Source: Octopus vulgaris (Eukaryota). Taken from it: a stretch of 64,000 bases of DNA. Both the position numbers and the translations under genes were made by a program. The DNA is taken from positions 130,820,001-130,884,000 of the forward strand of contig OX597815.1 of NCBI GenBank assembly GCA_951406725.2. The letters run 5' to 3'. The notes below the pieces were generated by a model, which did no database searches, was not told the DNA's origin, and worked only from the letters and a program-made list of their open reading frames with translations. Positions 16,141 through 29,053 of this stretch are shown here, in pieces; positions within the stretch are counted from its first letter, which is position 1; each line of letters begins with the position of its first letter.

Positions 16141-16538
16141 CAGGGACGTGCCATCTAGGTAGGCAGTGCCTACCCTGAATAAAATAAATCGATAGTAGCA
16201 TTTTCCTTTTATGGCAAAATATGCACCTAATTCAGTAAAATTATGAAGGTTACTCTGATTACAATGCATAAAATGCAAAATATTTTATTTTTTTATAGAT
16301 TAGGTAGGCATAATTCACTCGGGCTTTTCAGTCTCAGTATTTAAGCTACATATAGAACTGCTGTAGTACACGTACTGTGTACATTCCTACAACAACATTT
16401 TCTTTACGTGCTATAAAAGCAGAAGTAAATATGCCTGCAACTCAGCCGCGCATCTGTGTTTCACTTATTTTTTGCGTGTTTTACTACATAAAGGTCACCA
16501 ACTGTCTACCCTGAGTAATTACTGATAGCACATGCCTG
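16141..16538. mobile_element. hAT-type MITE with 8-bp TSD
   Basis: TIR CAGGGACGTGCCATC / GATAGCACATGCCTG; perfect TSD GTTTCAGT at 16133-16140 and 16539-16546. Confidence 0.8.
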
Positions 16539-16542
16539 GTTT

Positions 16543-16827
16543 CAGTGTTTCCCAAAGTAGGCGGTATTGCCCCCCCCCCCCGTGGGTGGATGATTTGAAA
16601 GTTCCTAGGAGGCATTGAAGAAAAGTGGGGCAATAATGGGGTAGCAATTCATGTAAAAACAACAAAATAATGGGTTCATTAGGTTAGGTTTTACTTGTGA
16701 AATACAGTTGCTTTGAATTTGCTTCAGAAAGATGTCAGTGTTTGTGATGGTTAGTTGGGGGGGGGACACTAGGAATGTGGCCTGGGTATCAAGGGGGTGG
16801 CAGCCCAAAAATGTTTGGGAACCACTG
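16543..16827. mobile_element. hAT/Charlie-type MITE
   Basis: TIR CAGTGTTTCCCAAA / TTTGGGAACCACTG. Confidence 0.75.
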
Positions 16828-17229
16828 ATATATTTAGTGATTAGGTTTATTAAACACAATAATGTTAACCCTAAGAATTGATGTAAAACCCAATTGGTGA
16901 GCTGACAGAACTGTGAGTACACTGGACAAAATGCTGCCAGGCATTTTGTCCATCTTTACATTCTGATTTCAAATTCTGCTATGGTCGACTTTGTCTTTCA
17001 TCTTTTCAGGATCAATAAAATAAGTACCAGTTGGTCATAGGGGTCGGTGTAATTGACTTAAAGCATCCTATGAAATTGCTGGCCTTGTGCTAAAATTTGA
17101 AACCATTATTGAGTGAGAGAGCAGCACATGCCATCAAAATCATGCTGGGACACAAGTATATGAAACCCAATATAGCCAATATGTGCATGAAAGGTGATCT
17201 CATATCAAGATAAACAGTGCATCATCCAC

Positions 17230-17520
17230 TAAAAAGATCCCTCACCAAAAAGCTTCTAACACAAATAGACAACTGCTACACAAGAATGTTAGGAATGGTT
17301 CTAAACGTTAGATGGGGAGCTACCCAAAGTGACTGAGAAGATTCAGCAGAGAAGAATGAGAATTCCTGGTCATTGTGTCAGGCTCCCAGAAGATCCTGTG
17401 TGTCAACTGGTCTAATGGCAATCAATTAAAGAAAATGCCTAACCTATGTGGACAGTGAAATGGCAAATGTTGATGAACTAAGAACATGCATGGGGCACTG
17501 TAATGGATGGCATGCTCACG
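17230..17520 (+). mobile_element. RTEX-like LINE 3' ORF fragment
   Basis: Translates SLTKKLLTQIDNCYTRMLGMVLNVRW / GELPKVTEKIQQRRMRIPGHCVRLPED, typical of RTE/RTEX C-termini. Confidence 0.65.
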
Positions 17521-18269
17521 TGAAATTAATGAAGCATCTGGGAGAATGGCCAAACTGAAATTGAAAGTTAAGGATGATGAGCGAAGCACCCATGTTTCCA
17601 GAGGTGAATTATTCAAACCCCAAAGAACTCCTTTCAAAACATGACCATGATTCCCCCACCCCACTACTTCTGCTTGTAATCAGAGATGCATATATCATTG
17701 GTCACTAAGGGATATGCTCAACTGGTTAAGATCAAGCAACTGACAAGCAAATTTATGGTAATGAGCTGAATATTTGCTGTAGCCCATCTTCTGGAACAAG
17801 GAAAAACTTTTACACCTTGACACTTCCAATCAGTTAAGATCAGAAGCCACGAGTGTATCGGATGCTGTTTCTTTTAGCACCAGCAGAATACTCAGTAACC
17901 TATGACATGTAGACAAAGGAGGGGAGTAGGAGAAGGAACAATAACTGTAGAGAGACCTGAAATGGGTAGTTGAGACATGAGGAGTAAAAGTGTAAATGTA
18001 GAGAGTACTTAAAAGCCTTGAGGACTTACATTTGCTTGAGTGACTTTGGAAGTGATAGGAGGCAGATGAGAGGCAAAGTATCAGAAGGGCCAAAATGATG
18101 AGAGGGTGGAAGTATGATGGGAAAAGGTAGGAACATTTGCAGGTGGAGTTAGTGGAGGAGTGACTTGGCAATAGCAGAGGTGAACAAAGATAAGTGTGGG
18201 TGAGCAAATAAAGGCACGAGTAGATGTTCAGTGGCAATAAAGCTGGCCCAGAGAAGTGTTTTATTAATT

Positions 18270-18850
18270 GTTATTATTAATACTCTTACATGCTCTATTA
18301 TTTATCAAGGATGGTGTCTTGAGTTTGGTGACAATAGGTCTCTCTAAATCTCCAGAATCTTTCTTAAGATTCTTGCAGAATACATAATTGTACTTTTCTG
18401 CAGCTCAACTCTATGAATCTAAATTCCAGTATCTTTCAGCCCCTTATGTAATGGTCTCAGTGTTGAACTTAATGCATCAATAACTATTGGAACAGTTGTC
18501 ACCTTTGTCTTCTGCAATCTCTTTATCTCTCTGCTTAGGTCCTGACATTTTTCAATTTTATCAATTTTTTTGATATCCTCTCTATTATCATATGGTGTTA
18601 TAAAGTCTATGATCTTAAACTATTTTTTCCCCTTATTTGCCCTCTACAATCAAACCTGGTTCCATTACTTCAATAACATAGTCAACTTTTATTGACAAAT
18701 CCCATAAAATCTTGAAATTATCATTCACCACCACCACAGCCTTCAGCCCATGTTCTTACTGCTTTTCTGTTAGTTTGAATCCACATATTCACTTTATATC
18801 TGAATACTCTTTTACCAACTCAGTCAAACCTGCTATGCTTATACTCTTTT
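18270..18850 (-). mobile_element. R4/Dong-like non-LTR retrotransposon 3' remnant (REL endonuclease region)
   Basis: Minus frame gives KILWDLSIKVDYVIE...IIDFITPYDNREDIKKIDKIEKCQDLSREIKRL...VPIVIDALS...ELQKSTIMYSARILRKILEI*; AAT-rich tail. Confidence 0.7.
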
Positions 18851-18864
18851 TGTGCAAGATTACT

Positions 18865-20100
18865 GCTATTATTATTATTACTATTTCTTTTTATCACAGG
18901 TTTTGTTGGAACTCCTGGAGTCTTGCATGCGTAGCTGGCTTGCTACCTGCGGCCTACGGTACCATGCTATCCATTCTTTTCAGCTATATAATATTTTCCT
19001 GATTATTATAGCCATGCCAACAAGGCAAACCATTTGTAACAGTTCTACTGGGCACTCTATTCCAATTTCCTTTATATTCCTCTTGATGCCTTCTGATACT
19101 GTCCCCAAGGACCCAACAATAATTGGCACTATCTTCACATTCTTCATTTTCCAATGCCAGAATATTTTGTATTTAAGAGTGTTGTATTTATCTATTTTTT
19201 CACCTTACTTCTTGAATATTCGTGGGTCAAAGGGGCATGTAACATTAACTATATAGTACATGTGGTGCATCTTGTTGATTCCACCAGGTCCAGTCTGTTA
19301 TGCTCTAGCACCTGCTCCGTTGTGAACTGGGAACTCTTCATGTTCCTTTTGTAATTTTTCCTTTTTTCTTTGCTTTCAATACTAACTGCCACTAGCAAGG
19401 TTTCCTTACTTTGGGCTAGCTATCTCATTAAGCTCTTGAGTTCGATACACATGCAGTATTCCACACTTACCAGTCTTCAGCCTCCATTTGTTCTGTTCAT
19501 GTATAGGTGATCAGTATCTGCACGTGGATAATGAGTTCCATGCATCATTAGAAGCTTTCTTGACTTCCTGACCATCTCCTTTAGTTCCTTCTCTGTCATT
19601 GCTGAAATTATGTTTCTGGTATCCAGCTTTGGGGCCAATATTTTTCTCACTTACTACAGGTACTCTCTTTTTGTATTTTTTTTTCATGCCATTGTGCTTA
19701 ATTCCATCTACCTCAAGTATTCCCAGGTATTTATAGCTGGATTGAGGTTTAATTGCCTTCATCATTTCACCACTTAGAAACTCTATGCCTTCTGTCTTGA
19801 CGAGCTTCCCTTGTCTCATCATCATAACACATTTTGAGAGCCCAAACACCATCTTAATATCATTGGAGAAAATCTGCACAGACTGGACTAGGCTATCCAG
19901 TTCTGCCTCAGTTTTTGTGAATAACTTCCAAGTCGTCCATGAATAGCTAGTGGCTCAGTTTTCCCTCACCACTTCCCAGATCATACCCCAACTTTGTTTT
20001 CTGTAGTGTTTCACTCAAGGGGATTATTCCCAGCACAAAGATTTCTTGATTTTCACCTCTCCCAATACTCAATTCCCTGCAGTTAATTCCATTCTCCACC
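18865..20100 (-). mobile_element. R4/Dong-like non-LTR retrotransposon remnant (RT C-part plus REL endonuclease)
   Basis: ORF 19511-19879 FSNDIKMVFGLSKC...YKYLGILE; downstream VTCPFDPRI..EKIDKY..VPIIVGSLGTV; (TAA)n tail at about 18865-18880. Confidence 0.75.
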
Positions 20101-20423
20101 ATTTTGTACTGTTGTCATCATCATCACCACCATTATCATCATCAACATCATCATCATCATTCAGTAGTCTTATTTTTATCATGTGCTTTCACTGCACCAC
20201 TGAGCTCAGCTCTGTGTGCTTTGGGTATGTGCTGTAGTTTGTTGTGGTGGTCTTATTTTCATTATATTGAAAGTGTTTTATGTTGGGTGTATGTGGTGCC
20301 TAGTAGAGCTATTTTCTGTATGTTATATATACTTGTAAGTCCTGGTGTTTTCGTTATGTATTCGTCTGAATGTTGTTGTTATTGTTATTGTTATTATTAT
20401 TATTATTATTATTTCTTTTGCAG

Positions 20424-20530
20424 ACTTCCACTTATAACTTGGCTGGTGTGTATCTTGGGATTCTGATTTCGGTGGCGTCAGACAAATGAGAGATAAATCT
20501 TCTATTGGACTGGATGCCAATCTATAGCAG
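20424..20530 (+). other. Candidate 5' UTR exon
   Basis: TTTCTTTTGCAG acceptor and CAG|GTAATT donor; 107 bp with stops in all three frames, so non-coding. Confidence 0.45.
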
Positions 20531-22205
20531 GTAATTATTTGCTTTTTGTGTGTTCACCTTATTAATCTCAGTCACTAGCATTCTCTCCTCAACCCAATCT
20601 TTGTAATAGTACTGGCATCATACAATCTCTGTTGGTTTAGTGCAACTACAGAGAGTAACAAATAAAAAAATGAAGCTCAGCTAAATGTTGTATGTTCACA
20701 CATGTAAAATGTTATGATAAATAATGAGTATTCACAATAAATTGCATATGGGTAATTTCATCATTATCATCATCATCATTTAGTGTCTGCTTTCCATGCT
20801 GGCATGGATTGAATGATTGAACGATTTGACTCTGAGATCTGGTAAGCCAGGAGGCTGCACCAGGCTCTGATTTGATTTGGCATGGTTTCTACAGCTGGAT
20901 GCCCTTCCTAATGCCAACCACTCTGAGAGTGTAGTGGGTGCTTTTTATGTGCCACCAGCATGGGGGCGAGTCAGGTGGCATTGGCATTGACCATGCTCAA
21001 ATGGTGCTTTTTACATGCCACCAGCATGGGAGCCAGTCAGGCAATACTGGCATCAAACACGCCTGAATGGTGCTTTTTACATGCCACTAGCACTGGCATC
21101 AGCGTAATAAATAAATTGGCAGTCTGTAATTACAATGACAAGGGTTCCAGTCGATCCAATCAATGGAACAGCCTGCACATGAAATTAAAGCAAGTGGCTG
21201 AGCACACCACAGACATGGCCTTTTGAAATACAGGTACAACTCATTTTTGCAAGCTTAGTGGACTGGAGCAATGTGAAATAAAGTAACTTGCTCAAGGACA
21301 CGGTGTACCGCCAGGAATTGAACTCAACATCATTTAAAGTCCGTCTTTCATTCTAGCATAGGTGAGACAGTTTGACACGAGCCAGCCTGGTAGAAGCCTG
21401 CACCAGAGTTTTGTGACTGTTTTGGCAGGATTTTTACAGCTGGATCCCTTTCCTAGCACCAACCACTCAGCAGAGTGAACTTAGTGCTTTTTTACGTGGC
21501 ACAAGCACAGGTGAGGTCAGTTTGGGCAAGTTTTTACAGCTGGATGTCCTTCCAAATGTCAACCAATTTACAGTGTGTACTGGGTGCTTTTAAATGGCAC
21601 CTGCACCAACAGGGTCGCCAAGTATTTGCAAGACAAAAAACAAAATAACCTTCAAGAGGGGAGGGGGCATTGGAGGAGGTGATCTTGTATCAGATGATGA
21701 AAGGTTATAATGGGACAAAGAGACAGAAACTGGTGTCTTGTTGTTGCAGATAAAGTACAAGGTTACCCAGCTGGAGAGAAAGAGAGAGAGAGAGAGAAAG
21801 AAAGAGGGAGAGAGAGAGAGAGAGAGAAAGAGGGAGAGAGAGAGAGAGAGAGAAGAGAGGGAGAGAGAAAGAGGGAGAGAGAGAGAGAGAGAGAGAGAGG
21901 AATATATAACCAGAAGAAAGAATACTAGACATAACAATATATATACAAGAAGTGATTTCTTTATTGGTTCCTTTTGTCACTGTTCACTTTGTTTCTTTCA
22001 GGTAACAGGAAGACAAATGGATGGAGATGGGATGAGGTGGATTTAGTCAAAGGCTTTGGGAACTCATTGTGTTATTTCCTTTTCATTGGTCAATTTTGAT
22101 TAGACAATAATGTTTAGGATGCAGAATTGGGCATGTAGCCACATAAGCTAGCTCGTTCTTTATATTGCAGGGTCTCTCAATTTACTCGACACTTGTGCAC
22201 ATTAA

Positions 22206-22429
22206 CCCATTAAATCCCACTGTCCTATAAATAGGACACTAAATGAGAACATTAAATATGCTATATCACATTGTCTCAGTGTCCTCTTTATAGGACACTG
22301 AGTATTTAAATTTCTACTTGAAGTAAAGGAGTTTTAATAAATTTTTTTTTCATTTTAAGCTATTTTTCAATCATCTGTAAAAATTTAAAAGGAATATTCA
22401 CAAGTTTCAGTAGTCTGGGACTTAATGGG
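22206..22429 (+). mobile_element. piggyBac-type MITE
   Basis: TTAA on both sides (22202-22205, 22430-22433); TIR CCCATTAAATCCCA / TGGGACTTAATGGG; internal palindrome TGTCCTATAAATAGGACA. Confidence 0.85.
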
Positions 22430-25400
22430 TTAAAGGAGAATTGCTACTATATGAATATTAGAACTCAAGAGTGGTCAGGTATGCAATAGAAGTCTTTCTA
22501 CTATAAGCACAAGAGCTGAGATTTTGGGGAAGGAGGTTAGTTGATTATATTGACCCCATTGCTTGACTGGTGGTTATTTCGTCAACCTGGAAAGATGAAG
22601 AAAATTGTCTGGCATGATAATAATTGATTCTGCCAGTTTATTTCCCTTGGGTGTAGATATATCATCATCACCGTAACCGTGGCCTATGCCAGTGGAACAC
22701 AACCAGCCCATTTAAGAGCACTCTTCAATCATTGGACAATAAACTGAGCTTGTGAAGACCTGTTGAGGCAAGTGAAGTCGTTGTCATGGCCGATGACAGT
22801 ACCACCTGATTGGCACCCATGCCGGTGGTATGTAAAAAGTACCATTTGAGAGTTGTCAATGCCAGTGCTGCCTGACTGGCCCTTATGCTGCTGGCGTGTA
22901 AAAAGCACCATTCAAGCATGGCCAATGCTAGTGCTGCCCGACTAGACCTCCTGCTGGTGGCACATAAAAAGCTCCCACTACACTCTCAGATTGGTTGGTG
23001 TTAGGAAGGGCATCCAGCTGTGGAAACATTGCCAGATTGGATTGGAGCCTGGTGCAGCCTTTTGGCTTTCCAGACCTCAGTCAAACCGTCCAACCCATGC
23101 CAGCGTCGAAATCAAATGTTAAATGATGACAATGATTATGATGATGATTATATTTCAGCATCTGTTTTCCATGCTGGCATTGATCGGACAGTTTGATTGG
23201 AATTGATAAGCAGAGAGCTGTACCTGGCTCCAGTCTGATTTTCGCTTGGTTTCCCTTCCTAATGCCAACCACTCCAAGAATGTAGTTAGTGCCTTCTATG
23301 TGTCACCATCATGGGTGTCTTTTTATGAGTCGTTGGGACTGTCTATGACTATGATTTCACTAGGCCTTATGAGTCTTCTCAAGCACAGCAAACCATAAAA
23401 GGCCTTGATCATTTGCGATCGCCTCCACAAGACCCAACAGCCGGAGGCCATTAATTTCCTGAAAGGGGGTAAATTAATTACATCTACCCCAGTGCTCAAC
23501 TGGTACTAATTTTATTGACCCCAAAAGGATGAAAGGCAAAGCTGACCTCAACAGAATTTGAACTCAGAACATAAAGACAGACAAAATGCTGCTTAGCATT
23601 TTGCTTGGCCTGCTAACAATTCTGCCAGCTTGCTCCCTCAGGTTACAACCTTCTGAGTTCTTTTATAGGGCTTAGAAAATCTGGAGGACTGCTGCAATAA
23701 GTATGTAAATCTGAGAGGGGGATAATTTGAATGAAATTATAATTAACTGATATTTCTGTATTTTCTTTTACCCAAAGCCAGGAACTTTTCAGGACTCCCA
23801 TATGTGTATGTATATATGTGTGTGTGTGTGTGTATTTTATCTTTTATCTTTTACTTGTTTCAGTTATTGGACTGTGGCCATGCTGGGGTATCACCTTGAA
23901 GAATTTTAGTTGACCCCAGTACTTCATTTTTTCTAAGCTTGCTACTACTCTATCAATCTTTTTTTTGGCCAAACTGCTAAGTTATGGAGATGTAAACACA
24001 CCAATGCTGGTTGTCAAGCAATAGTGGGGGCCAAACCCAGGCACAAAGATACACACACACAACACATGCGCGTGCACACACACACACACACACAACGAGC
24101 TTCTTTCAGTTTCTGTCCACCAAACCCACTCACAAGGCTTTGCTTGACCTGAGGCTATAGTAGAAAACACTTGCTCAAGGTGCCATGTGGTGTGACTGAA
24201 CCCAGGACCATGTGGTTGGGAGCAAACTTCTTACCACACAGCTATGCCTTCATCTATGTTTGTGTGTACAAGGAATGTTGCTTGTTTCCAGTTGTCTGTG
24301 AAAAACATGTCTGGACATGGAGAAATATTATTTTGCTTCGAAACAAGTGAAAGTAGGCAACAACAAGAGCATTGACTTATAAAAAATTTACCTCAAATTT
24401 CATCTGACCCATGGAAGCATGGAAAACTGGACATCAAATGATGATGATGAAGTGAGGGGACTCTGAAAGGGGTCTCAGGGAGTAGTGTTCCTGCCTTCTT
24501 AAGATAGTTTTCCACCACATTTCTTAAAAATCGTGGTAGAGGCCTTGATCTTGGGACTGCTCATGTCTAGAAACTGAAGTTGGGGTAAACAAAGGCATGC
24601 TCCCTGTAGAAAATCCAGCTTCAAAAAAGCCTCATGATAACAAAGGAGAATAGGCACCTTCCAGTCCAAAGGTTGGGGTGGGCTGCACCTGCCTGCCTCA
24701 GTTGCTACGGCATTGAGGTAGATCTGGTCACCTCCCTTAACGGGGACAAAACCGAATTTAAAACACTGGAAAATGATGATGCAGTATGTTTAATCCTGCT
24801 TTTTGAAAGATATCAGCCTGGGCCAGATTGAGACCCATAGAGGCCGTAAGCACTTAAAAGACTTTTGTGCCCTTATTCTTTTATTTGTTTCAGTCATTTG
24901 ACTGCGGCCAGGCTGGAGCACCACCTTTAGTTGAGCAAATCAACCCCAGGACCTATTCTTTGTAAGCTTAGTACTTATTCTATTGGACTCTTTTGCCAAA
25001 CTACTAAATTACAGGATTGTAAGCACACCAACATTGGTTATCAAGCGATAGTGGGGAACAAACACACAGACATACAAACACACACACACACAGATATATA
25101 GGTATATAAATATATATGACAGGATTCTTTCACTTTCTGTTTACCAAATCCACTCATAAGGCTTTGGTTGGCCCTAGGCTATAGAAGAAGACACTTGCCC
25201 AAGGTGCCTTGCAGTGGGACTGAACCTTCAGCTATGTGGTTGGTAAGCAATCTACTTATTACACAGCCACTCCTGCACCTATATATAATTCAAAATATAA
25301 TCAATAATAAGCCATAAAATAAATTTTTATTTTACAAAATGAAACAAAACTAACAGTAAGATGGAAAATAATGTTTTATTTTGACACTATGAACTCTTTG

Positions 25401-25984
25401 AAATTATATTTCCAATCATGTAAACCATTCTGTTAATTATTTTAGCAAGTTTAAAGTAATTTCTTTTGTGCTGTAAATCATTTACTATTTCTGTGGTACC
25501 CCAACAAATGCTTACATTTTTCATCTGGATATTAGCAACATGGAGTTCCAGTTACTCTAATTCAAAGTCTCCCATCTCACTTTTCTAAATTCATTTTCCA
25601 CCCAACTAATCTCTGAATGCCTTCAATTAACAGTTGTTTGATCATCTCTTGTTGCACATTATTGAACAAAAACACCTATCTTTCTGTTGAAGTCATTACT
25701 CTTGATTAATTGCTGGTGGGGACACCATATTTCATTATGCAACCATGGTATACAACCAAGTATATTAAAGGCTTATAAGTCAGCCCAGTGTCCTACTTGT
25801 GTTAGCAGTGCTCTAAATTCACTTTGTAAAGTTAGCTTTTACTCTCTTTTACTCCTTTCAGTCATGTGACTGTTGCCATGCTGGAGCACCACTTTTAGTT
25901 GAGCAAATCCAACCCAGGACTTGTTCTTTGTAAGCCTAGTATCGGTTGTCAAGTGATGTTGGGGGGACAAACACAGACACACAA

Positions 25985-26061
<77 letters not shown>

Positions 26062-26814
26062 CATATATATATATACATATATACGACGGGCTTCTTTCAG
26101 ATTCCGTCTACCAATTCCACTCACAAGGTTTTGGTTGGCCCGAGGCTCTAGTAGAAGACACTTGCCCAAGGTGCCACACAGTGGGACTGAACCCGGAACC
26201 ATGTGGATGGTAAGCAAGCTACTTACCACACAGCCACTCCTATGCATATCTCTACAGATTTTCTATAGAAATTGGAGCTAACACTGAAAGTTATAATGTT
26301 TTGTATATGAATACGTCTATGTAAACAATGCGATTGAAGATAGAAAAATAGTTAATGTGTCATCATCATCATCATTGTTGTTTAACGTCTGCTTTCCATG
26401 CTGGCATGGCTTGGACGGGTTGACTGAGGACTGGCAAGTCAGAGAACTGCATCAGGCTCCAATCTGATTTGGTAAGGTTTCTACAGCTAGATGCCCTTCC
26501 TAATGCCTACCACTCTGAGAGTGTAGCGGGTGCTTTTTATGTACCACTGGAACAGGAGCCTATCAGGTGGCACTAGCATCAATCATGCTCAAATGGTGCT
26601 TCAGGAACTTTTGCTCTTTCTTCAGTATCACATCCAACCCATTAACCATCCATCATCATCGTTTAACATCTATTTTCCATGCTGGCATGGGTTGGAAGGT
26701 TTGACTGAAGTCTAGAGAGCCAGCAGCTGCACCAGACTCCAATCTGATCTGGCAATGATTCTACAGCTAAATGCCCTTCCTAATGCTAACTACTCTGAGA
26801 GTGTAGTGGGTGCT

Positions 26815-27340
26815 TTTTATGTGCCACCAGCACAGGAGCCAGTCAGATGAGCTTGGCATCGATTATGTTCGGATAGTGCATTTTACGTGCCACCGGCATA
26901 GGGGCTAGTCAGTGGGTACTGGCATCAACCACATTCAGATAGTGCTTTTTACATGCCACCAGCACAGGATCCAGTCAGGAGGTACTGGCATTGGCCACAT
27001 TTAGATGGTTCTTATAACGTGCCACCGGTACAGGACGCAGTCATGAGGTACTGGCATCGGCCACGTTTAGCTGGTTCTTTTTACATGCCACCAGCACAGG
27101 GGCAGTCAGGGGGTACTGGCATCGGCCATGTTTATATTGTGCTTTTTAAGTGACACCAGGACGGGGGCCAGTCAGAGGGTACTGGCATTGATCACGTTCG
27201 TATAATGTTTTTATGTGCCACCAGTATGGGAGCCAGTCATAGAGTACTGGCATTGACCATGTTTGAACGGTTGTTTATATGTACCATCGGCACAGATGCC
27301 AAGTGAGGCAGCACTGACATCAGTCATGCTCAAATGGTGC
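26815..27340. repeat. 66-bp tandem array (8 units) within an RTE 3'-UTR-derived element
   Basis: GTGCCACCAGCACAGG-like motif at about 26820, 26886, 26952, 27018, 27084, 27149, 27214, 27280. Confidence 0.85.
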
Positions 27341-28289
27341 TTTAGGCACTCTTACACTTTCTTCTGTATCAGATTCGACCTATTAACCATCCACATTGCT
27401 AAAATAGCCATTAAGTTTAGCAGAGCAACACAAACTGGATGGAGCAATTTTACATAATAAACACATTCCTGGCAATTGGCACATCGATATTAGTTAGTGG
27501 TAGGGACACAGTGGTACATCATCATCATCATCATCATCATTGCCATTTAGTGTCTGTTGTCCATGCTGGCATCGGTTGAATGATTTGAGCTGGGCTGGCA
27601 AGCTGGAGAGCTGCTCCAGACTCCAGTCTATTTTGGCATGGCTTCTACAGCTGAATGCTCTTCCTAATGCCAACCACTCCAAGAGTGTAATAGGTGCTTT
27701 TACGTGTCACTGGCATGGGTCCTATTTGCATGACACCAGTACCTGCCACAGCTACAATTTCACTTGGCTTGATGGGCCTTCCTTTTCAAACACAGCATAA
27801 TGCCAAAGTTCTCAGGCATTCGCTATTGGCCCTGTGAGGCCATTGCAACATCATCATCATCATCATCATCATCATTTAACATTCATTGTCTATGCTGACA
27901 TGGGTTGGACAGTTTGACCAGAGCTAGTAAACTGAGGGGCTTCACCAGACTCCAGTCTGATATGGCAGTGTTTTCTATAGCTGGATGCCCTTCTAAATGC
28001 CGACCACTCCGAGAGTGTAATGGGTGCTTTTACATGCCAGTTACATGATACCAGTATCTGCCATGACTACAATTTCACTTGGCTTGATGGGTCGTCCTAT
28101 TCAAGCACAGCATAATGCCAAAGGTCTCGGTCATTTGCCATTGCCTCTGTGATTATTCTTGGTGTCTTCAATCAGCAAAATCCTTCATGACTCTCACACA
28201 CGTCCCCTCATGCTAACGCTGCTAAGGCAAAAGTGAAACCCTTTTTAATCCATAAGTCTCTGCAGTAATTAGTATTGTCATTCGCATGT

Positions 28290-28700
28290 ATGTAGTGATG
28301 GTGGTAGTGGTACGAGTGGTGGTGCTGAAAGTCAGGATGGTGATAGTAGTGTTAATAATGATAATGATGATGATGGTAGTGATTGTGATAACGGTGATGG
28401 TGGTTGTAATGGTGTTGGTTGTTGTAACGGTGGTAGTGGTGGAGGTGGTGATGGAGATGATAAGGCAGATGATGATGATGACAAAAATGTTGGTGGTGGT
28501 GGTTGTTGTGGTGTTGGTGATGATGTTGATGGTAGTAGCGATAGTGGTAGTGGTGGTGGTGATGATGAGGAAGATGATGTTGGTAACAGTGATGGTGGTT
28601 GTGGTGGTGGTATTGGTAATGATGATGGTGGTAGTGGTGATAGTGGCGGTGGCAGTGGTTGTGGGGGTAGCAGCGGAGCTAGCGGTCTTGGTGTTGGTGC
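28290..28700. repeat. Degenerate (GGT/GAT)n trinucleotide tract
   Basis: Low-complexity GTG/ATG repeats; source of the poly-V/M and poly-P ORFs. Confidence 0.9.
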
Positions 28701-28890
28701 CTTCGACAACGATGCATTTTCATGCTCATTCGATAGCTTGATTTTGTTTGTTGTTACCAATGGAATCCTTCAATAAGCATTTTCATTTTTGTTGTTCTTT
28801 TTCCTTTCCCCACTTTTTTCTTCAGTTTGTTCTTCTTCACTTTTCAGTATAAATCAGTGATTTCTTGGAAACATTAGAAGATTTGCAACC

Positions 28891-29053
28891 ATGGATACTT
28901 TGTTCATACACCACACATGCTGCAGTCCACTTTGCCAACATCCTTATTGTTGGAAATCTGAAAATAACATAGAATATTGCTGTCCTTTGAATACACAAGG
29001 AAAATGTTCAAAAACGTCAAATAATGGAGACAAAATCATCAAAGATAAAGAAA
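28891..29053 (+). CDS. First coding exon (exon 28848-29053) of a Cys-rich protein resembling the C9orf43/DUF4647 N-terminus
   Basis: Long pyrimidine tract plus TTTTCAG acceptor at 28847, Kozak-like ACCATGG, open frame MDTLFIHHTCCSPLCQHPYCWKSENNIEYCCPLNTQGKCSKTSNNGDKIIKDKE, donor A|GTATGT (phase 1). TCCSPLCQHPYCW resembles human C9orf43 TCGLAVCQHPQCW as recalled. Confidence 0.6.

Noticed and set aside
26815-27340. CRISPR-like spacing of 66-bp (and 42-bp) units
   Set aside because: Whole units are homologous with no unique spacers, the context is eukaryotic, and there are no cas genes.
28332-28957. Minus-strand exon or Pro-rich ORF
   Set aside because: The Pro-rich part is a trinucleotide tract; the plus-strand exon has far stronger splice signals, a Kozak ATG and a recognisable motif.
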